Assembly: GCA_951406725.2 (NCBI GenBank)
Contig: OX597833.1
Coordinates: 48,608,001-48,672,000 of the forward strand
Origin: Octopus vulgaris
Taxonomy: Eukaryota
Length of the DNA stretch: 64,000 nucleotides
Reading direction: 5' to 3'
How positions within the stretch are numbered: position 1 is the first letter of the stretch; every line of letters starts with the position of its first letter. Below, one piece after another: positions 14,838 through 28,689 of the stretch. Under the pieces are notes generated by a model. That model was not told where the DNA came from. It was given only the letters and a program-made list of their open reading frames with translations, and ran no database searches. The translations under genes and the position numbers were made by a program.

Positions 14838-14844
14838 CATACAT

Positions 14845-14891
<47 letters not shown>

Positions 14892-14896
14892 GATAC

Positions 14897-14977
<81 letters not shown>

Positions 14978-15469
14978 TACATATATATATAGATACATAT
15001 ATATATAGATATATACATACATAGATATATATATATACATACATAGATATATATATATATATATATATACATAGATATATATATATATATATATATATAC
15101 ATACATAGATAATATATATATATATATATATCACACACACACACGTGTGTGTGTGTGTGTATGTAGAGAGATTTTATGAGTAGATGTCAGCATGAAGAAC
15201 GGATGTTAAATTATGATGATAATGATGTATTCTTTTATTCTTTTACACGTTTCAGTCATTTGACTGTGGCCATGCTGGAGCACTGCCTTTAGTTGAATAA
15301 ATTGACCCCAGGACTTATTCTTTTGTAAGCCTAGTACTTATTCTATCGGTCTCTTTTGACGAACTGTTAAGTAATGAGGACGTAAACACACCATCATTGG
15401 TTGTTAAGCTATGGTGAGGGGACAAACACAGACACACAAACATATACATACATACACACACATATACGT

Positions 15470-15538
<69 letters not shown>

Positions 15539-18240
15539 GTAGTAACAGGAAAGAAGGAATTTCGATTATCCCCACGTGGTGAGTTGTAATATATATAAGA
15601 AATTAAAAAAGAAAAATACATATAAGAAATTAAAATTATGTAAAGTGTGTGTATTTTCCTTTTTTAATTTCTTTATATATATATACGATGGGCTTCTTTC
15701 AGTTTCCATCTACCAAATCCACTCACAAAACATTGGTTGGCTTGAGGCTATATAGATGACACTTGCCTGCCCAAGGTGCCATGCAGTAGGAATGAACCTG
15801 GAACCATGTGGTTAGTAAGCAAGCTACTTACCACACAGCCACTCCTGCACCTATATGCATGCATCTGCGTGTGTGTGTATGTGTGATGTGTGTATGTATC
15901 TCTTGAATTTTACTGGTTTCAGCCAGTGGCCTTTCACCATGATTGGGTTTCTTTTCTGTACTGTTCCTGGTGAAGTCACAAGCTGGATAGAACTGCTCTT
16001 CTTTGTTGCCTCCTGCTTCAAAGTGGGTCCATCTGATATTTCAGATAAAAATTTGTCCAGATGCTCTTTGATGACCTTGCACATGTACATTTTCCAAATC
16101 TCTAAGGTCATTTGGCAGAATGTTGAGTAGTTGTGGACCCCTGAAACCTAAGCTGTTACAGTATTGGCTCCTTATTTTGAGATAGAGAAGACAGGATCTT
16201 TGATACTATGCAGTACAGTCCTGTTCTGTGGTTGGCTTTGCTTTCAGTTCCAAAGTTAGGAGCTAGACCTTCCAAGATCTTCTATATGTGTATCACTGCA
16301 TATCTTTCACACCTTCCCTCTGGGGAGCAGAGCTTCAGTTCCTTTATCCTCTCCCAGTAGCTCATCTGTTTCACTGAGTCAGTCTTTGTGTAGTGGCATT
16401 AAATTGCCTGAAGTTCTGCTATCAATTGGTTATCTACTTAACCAATTAACTAATCAAACAATCAATTAGTTAATAGGTTAAATAGTCAACCAATTGAGAA
16501 ATAAATAATGAAAGAAGTACAATAGAACCAGTGGATCTGTCTATTATATTAATTTATTTCTTTATTGCCCATAGGGGGGGGGGGGGCTAAACATAGGGGG
16601 GACAAACATGGACACAGTGATTAAGGTGATGACATCGGCCCCAGTGCGTAACTGGTACTTATTTAATTGACTCCGAAAGGATGAAAGGCAAAGTCAACCT
16701 TGGCGGAATTTGAACTCAGAATGTAGCGGCAGATGTAATACTGTTAAGCATTTCGCCCAGTGTGCTAACGATTCTGCCTGCTTTTCACCCCATCTATTAT
16801 ATTATTGGCATATTGACTTGCCCAAAATACAACAAAATATGTTTCAACACAGGAGTTTACATTATGAATCTTGCAAACCAATTACAAAAAACTAGAAAGT
16901 GAAATAATAATGTCTTTTGATTTTGTCTAGGTTTGTGTTACCTGCTGATATTAAGTGGTATGAGAAAACAATGGAGCGTGTTGTTTTGGAGGACCTTGGA
17001 CATGAATACCGTGAACAAATCCAGAAGACTCACTATTTTACAGATTTCCTCAGGTATCTAAAGACATTTTTTTAACAAGAATTTATGAATTTTAATAAGA
17101 TTTATGCTTTTAACACATTTTATTTTAATATGAGGGAGACTCAGAAATTATATGCACTCTTGCTTTTACAATGCATTTACACAAAAGCAGGGGATAAACA
17201 ATATGTCATTTTTCTATATAGTCTTCTTCCTTTTCGATGCATTTGGTCCAGTAGTCCACAAGCTTGTGTATCCCCTCCAAGAAGAAGGTTTGCAGTTGGT
17301 CATGTAGCCATTTATGCACCGCTTCCTTCACATCTTCATCTGTTGGGAATTGAATACTCTTTGTTCTTCTTTGGTTCACATTGCTTGTGGAGCGGCCATA
17401 TTTACCCTGTAAAGCCAGAAAGAAAAATTGCATGATCAGGCTCAAACTTCGACCATGTGACCCCAATAGTACTGTAACAGGATCTGGAATCGGTATCACT
17501 GAAGGGGTGTCCGATCCGATCCCGTCACATTCAATTTAGTTAAATATAACAGACGAAGTCAGGTTATCTGGGAAAGACAGCAAATGTTGTTTTATTACTC
17601 GTGATGGTGTTGATCTGGTGTGCGTATTTCTGAGGGGGACCGACAGCCGGTTCTGTTGTACTGCTTCTTGTTGGCTGGTCGAAGTGTTTCAATGTGGTCC
17701 GCTGCTAAGTCGGTGCGTAGTCCTCAGAGACTGCCAACACACGTCTGTTCACGAGGGCTGCAAGGGCCAGAGAGGCTGAGTGAGTGGACGGTGTTTTAGG
17801 GGTCAGTTTCCCACACATGCGCATGGGGAAGACTTCCGGTGGCCACCCGGAAGTAGTCCCATTCTGCGCATGCGCGCTGAACCTTACACAGCAGCATCAC
17901 TACAGTACCAACTGTAAGCACACATGTCTCCGGACGTAGTGTTGCAGGCTTACCTTTCTATGAACGCCACCATCCCTGAACCAAAACAATGGAATTCCAC
18001 ACTTCATAGTATACTGCTATCTTAGCTCGCTCTTGAACAGTCAAGTGGTTGGCCATCTGGAAAATAAGAAATAAGACAATAAGAAATCCCCATTAGTGTT
18101 GTCTGTTTAGAAAATGTTTTCATCATGACTTCAGTGATACTAAAAATTCTATAAACAATTTCTAATGCCTATTTACTATCCACCCACTCTGCATATGTCA
18201 CAACAGTCTTACATTCATACACACAACATGCATATATACA

Positions 18241-18314
<74 letters not shown>

Positions 18315-18557
18315 AAATATATACGTTTTATTTATTATTTTGCACATTACTTAATCATCGTTATATGTTTTATCTTATATTTAATCTTTCTATAATATGT
18401 AATTTTTCTAAATGGTATAATTTAATTTTTCATTATTGAATTGATAAAAGGTGGGGTTTTTTCTAATTTTTATATATATATATATTATATTTTGTGAAAT
18501 TTGATTTAGTATTTCTAAATTGAATTTTTCCTGTAAGTCTGTAATAATATTCCTTCA

Positions 18558-18608
<51 letters not shown>

Positions 18609-18903
18609 TATATCATCATTTATTTATTTATTTATTATTCACCTTGCTCAGAACCTGCTCCTTGTGTAGATCTGAAATATATTATGGACTGTGCATTTAG
18701 TGCAGTATGCATTTCCTGATTAGCCTCGGGGTTCTTGATATACTCAGTTGGGTACAGTTAATTGTATACATAACCTGAATATATTCCTGCCTGTACTCGC
18801 ATATATATTCTTTCATTTTTGTTGTGTATGCATTTTCTCGACCTAAACTGGTGCCTTATCATTTAAGTACCTGATTCACTCAAATCCTGTTCTATTATAT
18901 ATG

Positions 18904-18943
<40 letters not shown>

Positions 18944-19084
18944 AAATAAGCAACAAGGATATCCAGATATCCTTGTTGCTTATTTTGATTGTAATCACCC
19001 CATTTGAATTATATAGATAATACCATACTAAATTCTGGTGCCTTTAACTTAAGTACCATATTCAACTGAATCTAAATTTTAGTG

Positions 19085-19125
<41 letters not shown>

Positions 19126-22100
19126 CACACACAGACACAATGTGTTTGTGTATCTCATGCAACATGGTTAAATTTATAGTAAGATAACAGGATAATGCTT
19201 TTAGAAGGAGAGATTATGAAAGGTAAAGATGAAAGAAAATAAAAGAAAATGAAACAAAATAAAATGCAATAAAATGTACGAGAGTACAAGGCGGTACAAG
19301 GAGGTTTAATTTTCTGTAATAGGTTTATGGATATAAAAGTTTATGGATATAGAAATTTATGTAATCATTGACTTGGAAGCTCTCACAAAATAAGCTACAA
19401 CTCTCAGCAAAAGGCTCTTTCAAGGTCACACACCATACGTAGGGTAAACTATCTGTCTTTCTATCTACCTATCAAACTATCTATCCATCTAGCTATTGAT
19501 CTATCTGTCTGTCCGTCTGTCTATATATCAACCTATCTCTCTGCCCTTCTGTTTATTTGTCTACATATATACTTGCTATATCTACTTCTATATCCATAAA
19601 CTTTTATATCCATGAAACCTTTAAAACAATTGTAGCCATACAACTATTAAAGAAAATTCAAATTCCTTATACCTCCTCCTTGTACTCAACAGCCTTTTAT
19701 TGTATTTTGTCTTATTTTCTTTAATTTTCTTTCATCTTCCTTCTTACCTTTCCTCTCCTCTCCTACTGATGGTGTAATACACTTATCTATACTTTGTGTT
19801 TGTTTGTGTGTATGTATGTATTTGTCGCTATGATAGATCGTTAACCACTACACACATTTTTTTCTTTCCTTGTTTTTTCTGTGTCCCTTTCTGTAGAAGA
19901 GCATAGGCTCGAAACGTAAAAGACTTTTTCTATTCCTGAGCGTTATACTAATACATCTGTTTGTTTTGTACACCACCTGTCTTTGTCTTTTGTTTTTTTC
20001 GTAAACTCTCCCTATAAATATATATATATGTTTGGTGATGCAACAGGAAAATAGAACTCCAAAACATAAGTGTCTATTTTTTTTATTAATAATCTCTTTA
20101 TAATCTCAAAAGTTACAGAGTGACTCAAGGGCTGAGAATTTCATGCATTGGCACTTACAAAGTTTGATTGATATGTGCATTAGTATTTGTCAAATTTGAA
20201 ATATATTGGGTCATCACATAAATAATGAGGTTTTTTAATACTCCTTTTGTTTTTCAAAATTAAGATAAACAAAGTTGTTTTTTAATCCAAAATATACTCT
20301 CTTTTGTTTTCTAAAATGCTTTTCCATCTATCAGGTAGACTTGCATGGTCCTTCTTCCAAAATTCACTTGTCCGTGATGAAAAATACTCCTCCAGTACTT
20401 TTCTGACCTCATTTACAGAATTCATATTTTTTCTGTCCAAATGATTTTGAAGACTGTGAAATAAATGATAATCATACTGGGCAATGTCCAGGGAATATGG
20501 TGGGTGCTGCATTGTTTCCCATTCAAATCCACTCACAAGTCTTTGGTCGGCCTGAAGCTCTAGTAGAAGACACTTGCCCAAAGCACCACACAGTGGAACT
20601 GAACCTTGAACCATGTGGTTAGAAAGAAAACTTCTTACCACTCAAACTATTGCAATTTTATAAAATGTAGCAAATTGTCCACTCCTTTATCACAAGACCC
20701 CAACCAACTGGAAAGTGGGGAAAATATATTCTCGAATCTCACTATGAGAAATTCTGACCACGTAATCTGCAGGTTTCATCCATGAATGTAGATTTTCAGA
20801 GTTTATTTTTAATACGGTATACATTTCTTGCAGAAGTACAATTTGGTCAGTTATAATAATTTTAATCTTTTTTTCACTATTTTTAATCTTTTTGTCCAGT
20901 AAGTAACATCACAACACCAGTAACAATTTCATCTCTTTCAATGAAGAATTTCACTTAAAACTGTAAACTTATCTGGCTTCCTCTCTGTATAATGATTTTT
21001 GTTTGCTTGTTTTTTTTTTTTTTGGGGGGGGGGTGAAAATTTACCATTGTGTTACTATGGTTATTTTTTTACTAACTAAAATCTAAATAAGTGATTTTGA
21101 GTTCCACTTATTTACCACTATCTTTATCTTTTACTTATTTCTGTCATTATGCTGTGGCTTTGCTTGAGTACCATTTCGAAGAAATTAAGTCAAATAAATT
21201 GACCCCAGTTCTTTTTCTTGTTTTAAAATCTGGTGCTTATATATTACAGAGATGTACTTGCATAGCAAGTGACTTGATCTGAGATTGTGTGCTGAAACGA
21301 AAACAATTGCAGTGTGGAAGGTGTTTATAAGCCATTTAAGAAACACACAAAAGCTGTCAGATTCACTTCAACATTTAAATTTCATTTGTTAAAATATTTT
21401 CGTCGCTTTGAGATCGCGAACTATTCACTGACAAAATTTCGTGCTGCATCTCAATGAACAGGTTGTGGTCTCAAAGTGATGAAAATATTTTGACAAATTA
21501 AATTTAAATGTTGAAGTGAATCTAACAATTTTTGTGTGTTTCTTAAATGGTTTATAAACACCTTCCACGCTGCAATTGTTTTCGTTCCAGCACACGATCT
21601 CAGATCAAGTCACTTGCTATGCAAGTACATCTCTGTAATATATATATATATATATATACACATACAAGAGGCTTTTTTCAGTTTCCATCTACCAAATCCA
21701 CACACAAGGTTTTGGTTGGCTTGAGGCTTTAGCAGAACACATTTGCCCAAAGTGTCACACAGTGGAACTATATTCTGTTATTTTACATTATTTTTAACTC
21801 TGTAAATTATACCAGCGAAGAAAAAAGGCCATTGAAGATGGTGGCTGCTGCTTCTGCTCTTGTTGTTCATGTGTTTCATGATCTGGTAGTAATTAATATC
21901 ATAATTCTAATTCTGTCATTTCATACTGGTAATATATAAATGTGAACTATAGAACCTTTTATTCATATATGTAAAATTGACATTTAAAGACTAAACTTGC
22001 TTCCCTAGTGTGCCTTGCTCTATTTCTATGATAGTAATTTTCCATTACCTCCCTAACAATTCAACACTAAATTGACACATTCCTGTCTGATAAATTAAGT

Positions 22101-25100
22101 TACAGTCACAACATAGTCTACACTTCAACAAATTGTCATGTTTATTCTGAAAGGACATGCCAAGATAAGTGACACTCAGCAACTAAGTACACATGGTTTC
22201 AAATTTCAGCGCAAGGCTAGTAAGATTAGGGGAGCGGTCAGTTGATTACAACTGCTATTTATTGGGTTGTCCGGAAAGTTCTTGCCGATTTATAGTAGCT
22301 TACCGTTCGACTTATTTTAGAACATGGTTGAGTCCATAAAATAGAATTTGACTATACCTCCATTTAGAGCACAGTTTAAGCTATCTTTTCAGGGAAGAAG
22401 GTTTATGTTCCTATAACCTGTGTTAATTCTGTAACCCTTTAAAATGGAAGAAAAGAAAGTTCATTTTCGGCACTTGATGCTTTGGGAACCAGACAAAAAT
22501 TGCTGCAGCTCAGCTGGGATGTGTTACCCCAACCTCCATATTCATCATATATTGCTCCTATGAATTTCCACTTATTCAGGTCTCTGCAGAATAGTCTTAA
22601 TGGTAAAAATTTCAATTCCTTGGATGACATAAAAAGATATGTTGATGAATTCTTTGCCATGAAACCACCTGGGAAGAGGGTATTTTCAAGTTAAAGGAAA
22701 GATGGAGATGCATTGTGCAACAAAATTGTTCATATTTGGTTGATTAAAAATGTAATGGCAAGCATTTATTGACCGTTTTCTTTCCTTTAAAACTCAACAC
22801 GAACTTTCCAGACAATGCAATATTTTATTGACCCCGAAACGATGAAAGGCAATGTTGACTTTGGTGGAATTTGAAATCAGAACTTCAAGACAGATGAAAT
22901 GCCACTATGCATTTTGCCTGATGTGCTAATGATTCTGCCAGCTCACCACTTTTACACTAAGTATGGTAATCACTTGCCATTTCACGGTTCACCTATCGTG
23001 TCCTCAGTACATTGCAGATTTTTCTGGCTAATATATGTAAATTTATATCTTGGACTCCTCAGTATATCATAGGGATTTGTGGCCAGTAGGTATTTATATT
23101 ATTTTTATATTTTAATTATTTCTGTGGTAAAATAAACATTTTCATGCCTTCAATATCCATATCGGAGATCCCCTTCGGTCATGCATGACCATCGGATTGC
23201 ACCCAGAAAGTTAACCTCCCAGGCACAAGTCTGGGCAAGGTTGCTTGTGGAAGGCCAGCAGTCGCCCATGCATACGAGCCTCCCATCTTCACACCACTGA
23301 TGTTATCCAAGGGAAAGGCAAAGGCTGATACAGCTCAGCACCAGTGATGTTGCAGCTCATTTCTACAGCTGAGTGAACTGGAGCAATGTGAAATAAAGTG
23401 TCTTGCTCAAGAACACAACATGCAGCCTGGTCCGGAATTCGAATTCACAACCTCACGGTCGTAAGATCGACGCTCTAACCACTGAGCTATGTGCCTTCAC
23501 ATATTTTTCATGCCTAAAAATGAATAAATGAATAAATAAAAATACATTACAGTACAGCACTGTATTACACATTAATTAAAATATATCAAAAGAAGATACG
23601 TAGTGTACCGTAGATGAGTACACAGATTTGCACATACTGTATGAAAGATGAAACTTGGGAGGCGAGTATCTGGTGTTGATTTGCATTTATAATAAAATAA
23701 ATATATACAAATTATAAAAATAATTAAAAAAGATATACAGTACAGTACTGTTTCTGCTTCACAGATTTTCACCTATTTTCACCTAGGTGTAGGAGTGGCT
23801 GTGTGGTAAGTAGCTTGCTTACCAACCACATGGTTCCGGGTTCAGTCCCACTGCGTGGCATCTTGGGCAAGTGTCTTCTACTATAGCCTCGGGTCGACCA
23901 AAGCCTTGTGAGTGGATTTGGTAGACGGAAACTGAAAAAAGCCCGTCGTAAATATGTATATATATGTGTGTGTGTGTGTGTATGTTTGTGTGTCTGTGTT
24001 TGTCCCCCTAGCATTGCTTGACAACTGATGCTGGTGTGTTTACGTCCCCGTCACTTAGCGGTTCGGCAAAAGAGACCGATAGAATAAGTACTGGGCTTAC
24101 AAAGAATAAGTCCCGGGGTCAATTTGCTCGACTAAAGGTGGTGCTCCAGCATGGCCACAGTCAACTGACTGAAACAAGTAAAAGAGTAAAAGAGTATTGC
24201 TGGATGGTTTTGGAACATAACAACCCTGATAGTCAAGAGATACTGCACATATATATTAAAACCTGCATGATGTACATAGGTGCATACAGAAATATCTAAC
24301 CGTTTTGTATTTAAACCAGCCATAAGAGTGTAAGTGCCCTGAGAGAAATGCTGGACATAAGAATCGGATGTGGCGTGCAAGAGAAATGTTTGCACTGGTA
24401 TGGTCATGTACTACGGATGGATGAGGAGAGATATGTGAAGAAGTGCCACTCCCAAACAGTTGAAGGAATCTGGGGTAGAGGTAGACCCAGGAAGACATGG
24501 GATGAGGTGGTCAAGCCTGACCTTCGAATGTTGGGCCTCACAGAGGCAATGACAAAAGACTGAGACTTCTAGAGATATGCTGTGACTGTGAAGACCCGAC
24601 AAATAATGTGAGTTCATGGCTGTTTCCTACACCAGCTTCACATAGCAGCCCCAGCCCATCTAAAGTACCTTGGATTGCAGGAAGGCCTGCTGTGCTTACC
24701 TTGGATTGTAGGTGACTTGCTATGCTTGAGGAGACCTATTGAGTCAAGTACATCAACATCAAAATAAAAATCAAATGGAAATTGTAGTTGTGATACCCGT
24801 ACTGGTGGCATGTAAAAAGCACCAACCGATCATGGCTGTTGCCAGCATCCTCTGGCACCTGTGCCGGTGGCACGTAAAAAGCGCCCACTATACTCACGGA
24901 GTGGTTGGCGTTAGGAAGGGCATCCAGCTGTAGAAACACTGCCAGATCAGACTGGAGCCTGGTGCAGCCTCCTGGCTTCCCAGATCCCGGTCAAACCATC
25001 CAATCCATGCTAGCATGGAAAATGGATGTTACACTATGATGATGATGATGATGATGATGATATCCGGACAAAATATTCTACCTATTTTATGTTCAAACTG

Positions 25101-25761
25101 ACCGAATCTGGCTCCTCATAACAACTGTACGGTATCATTCTAAAGATTAACGGTTGTTTCATCAAAGCCTCAAAGCTACAAGATAATGCACGATTAATTC
25201 AAAACAATGTGAATGAATTAGAAATATTGAATTTCTAAATGTCTCAACGAGACATGAGCAGTGGTGGAGTGATAGAGTGGTTGTATAAAGTCAACATAAC
25301 ATGACAGTCCCATAGAGGGAATTACACCACTGCTATATAGCCCTAGGAAGCATCGATGCTTCCTGTCGGCTTTGACACATTTTCTGTGTCCTTATATTCG
25401 CAAAGGGGAGGCAAGCACCCCCACCATCTAGGACCAGCAACCTGTATACATGCATGTTTCTGGGTATTTCCCGTTATCAACCACCTCACCAACAACAACA
25501 CTGAACACCTTTTTGATCTCCATGTGTCTAACACACCTGGACATGCCTACAAAGTCAGAAAACAACACAGCTCCCATGACTTTCGGAAACATTTTTTCAC
25601 GCTCAGAGTTGCTGAAGCATGGAATAAACTGCCTGCGTCAGTTGTTGACTGCCATGACACTGCATCCTTTAAGGCCCTCATGCTTTCCGAAATCCGCCGA
25701 AACTACACCTGATTATATATACACTTTAGATGAGTTGTAGTGCACCTGAGCACTGTACACA

Positions 25762-25793
<32 letters not shown>

Positions 25794-28648
25794 CAGTTCA
25801 GGGTAGCGTGCCCCTGCTAGCGAAGCATTAGTTTTGACAAAATAACTTGAATGCTAAAGGGTTAAACCACAATACCGCAAAAGCTTTTCAAATTCATGAA
25901 TTGTAGTTTGTACTGTTGAAACTGTATAACAAATGTCCAGAATCTGTATGTTCCCTCTATGTATCAATCATTACAAGTCTTTGTCTTACATTTATGTGTA
26001 TTGCTTGGTGTGTTTCATGACCAACAGAAGTTAAAAGTTCTGCATATTATGGGCATAGGAGTGGCTGTGTGGTAAGTAGCTTGCTTATGAACCACATGGT
26101 TCCAGGTTCAGTCCCACTGCGTGGCAATTTGGGCAAGTGTCTTCCACTATAGCCACAGGCTGACCAAAGCCTTGTGAGTGGATTTGATAGATGGAAACTG
26201 AAAGAAGCCCGGCGTATATATATGTATATATATATATATATGTATGTGTGTGTGCATATGTTTGTGTGTCTGTGTTTGTTCCCCCAACATCACTTGACAA
26301 CCAATGCTGGTGTGTTTACGTCCCCGTAATTTAGTCTACTTACTCAAATACTCAGCAAAACCACAGCCTACGTGCTGAAATAATCGGTCAAATAATAGTC
26401 TAAATAAAAAATAACAATAAACTCATTTAAATACTATGGTTTTTACCATCCCTCCAAATATAGAAACTGTTTATACTGAAACATTGTGATCTGTGTTAAA
26501 ACATCATTTTGTTGAATTGAGGAAACTATTACATTAGATAACAAGAAATACATAAGATCAGAACCTATGCCAATCTTACCTGGATCCAAAGTCCTGTATT
26601 TGAGTAGATATAGTAAATACAGATTACATAATCAATAGTTAGATTATGTTGATATATCAAAACATTGTGCTGGACTCTCAACATTTCCAAGAAATCAAGC
26701 CTCCTCTCTTTCATAGTAACTGAAACCACCTTTGCAGCAATTCATGTGGTTTGAGCTACATGGCCATTGGAGCCAATCCTTTCTCCCCTCTAATTGAACA
26801 GGAGTTTAGTTGGACACATGTTCCAATTAAGGAATTTTTTTGTGGCTGCTCAACTCCGTCTCCTTAAGGAGAAGAGTATATTGAAAAATTTGCACTCATG
26901 TGGATTTGTGTACATTTTCCAGATAAATTTTGCATTGTTACACATCTGTGACCTCTTCAGTGACTCTTTCCATCCATGTGTATCCTCCTACTCCACCTAG
27001 TCCATTATCAAAAGATTTCCAGACAATGGACATTAGATAAATTTTGCATAATTTTCAGATAATTGCTATAGACATTTGTTTTTTTTTATAATATAGGCGC
27101 AAGAGTGGGTGTGTGGTAAGTAGTTTGCTTACCAATCACATGGTTCTGGGTTCATTCCCACTGCATGGCATCTTGGGCAAATGTCTTCTACTATAGCCTC
27201 GGGCCAACCAAAGCCTTGTGAGTGGATCTGGTAGACAGAAACTGAAGGAAGCCCGTCGTATATATGTGTATATATATATATACATGTATGTGCGTGTATA
27301 TGTTCGTGTGTCTGTGTTTGTCCCCCCAACATTGTTTGACAACTGCTGGTGGTGTGTTTACGTCCCCGTAACTTAGCGGTTCGGCAAAAGAGACTGATAG
27401 AATAAGTACTAGGCTTATGAAGAATAAGTCCTGGGGTTGATTTGCTCGACTAAAGGTGGTGCTCCAGCATGGCCGTAGTCAAATGACTGAAACAAGTAAA
27501 AGAGTAAAGAGTATATAAGCAGAAATTAATTCAAACAAATTTTTTTTTTTAGTTGAATTTGAAAAAAAAAAAAAACTGATCTAAAAGTATTAATGGCTGC
27601 TCATTTAAAATCTTTTGTAATTAGTTTAGGCATTGAAGCTATCAGGTACGAGAAAAGCTTGTTATAACTCTCTTCAGTTATTTTGCTAATAACTTTAGAC
27701 AACAGGTAAAACATCACTATTCATTAAACCATGTACCAATTAAAGTTACTCGTCAAAGTTTTGTGTGTTAGTAATACAGCAGATTTCTACTATCCTTACT
27801 CCTGCAGAATCTTATCTGCGAACTAATTATCTTGAGAGTCATCTTCTACCACTTCATCCTATTTCTTCTTTAGGTTTCTTTTGCCATCAGAATATTCTAC
27901 TATCGGTAAAATTTGAAACCATTATTATTATTGCGCAGTCAGATGGTCTTTTCCGAGATACACGTGGAGTGATGAAATCATGTTGCATGCTCTCATACAG
28001 TATCCGCCCATTGCTGACTTGTGAATCTTTGTTGAACAGTTATTGTTACATGTAGGATGGATCCAGCTATTGCCTGAGTCCATCGTGAAGATTGCCCCGC
28101 CTCCTTCCTTTGGCCAGGAAGAACAGGCAGTTTTTCTCTGTTTGGTGGCTATGGTGAAAGAGGTTGTGCAGTGGATATGGTCGAAAGGTTTGAAGACGGT
28201 TACTTTTCTCTTTGGCCAAGGCTTCATTGACTTTTTGAGGTCCCACCTGAAAAGGAAAGTGAAGCTGGAGAGGGAGGTGCTGTCACCCAGTAAGTTTGTT
28301 GAAAGATGGGTGAATGTGGCAAGAATGGCCCGTGTGAATGGGCCTACTCTAAGTGTGTGCCTGTGTAGGCCGGATGGAATGAGAAGGAGAGGGGTGCCTA
28401 CTTGAGGTGCCTTTGGTGTTAGGGGGTCTAAAATGTGTGAGGTTTCTTTGGTCACCTCTCAATGGAACTCACCCCTATGGGGAAGTATATTGTTGGTTTA
28501 ATCTCCTTGTTAATTGTATTTTTTTGTTGTTTACATGTTTAACCCCACTGTTCCTCATATGTGTATCATCCTTTATGCTTTGTGTTTGGCCCTGGTGGCC
28601 AATAAAGAAAGTATTATTTTTATTGTTATTATTGTTATTATTGTTATT

Positions 28649-28689
<41 letters not shown>

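Noticed and set aside
14404-15144. YIYI, CVCV and HTHT ORFs here and at 39657-40271, 57285-57738, 61986-62706
   Set aside because: Dinucleotide repeat translations.
22965-23012. Minus-strand CTGAGGA-cacg...cgt-GAAA
   Set aside because: No usable stem III, UH site or stem I. Similar failures at 13777, 17721, 45881, 48703, 53439 and 55979.
23786-23860. tRNA-like heads with A and B boxes
   Set aside because: They are SINE heads continuing into SINE bodies, with no complete cloverleaf, so not called as tRNA genes.
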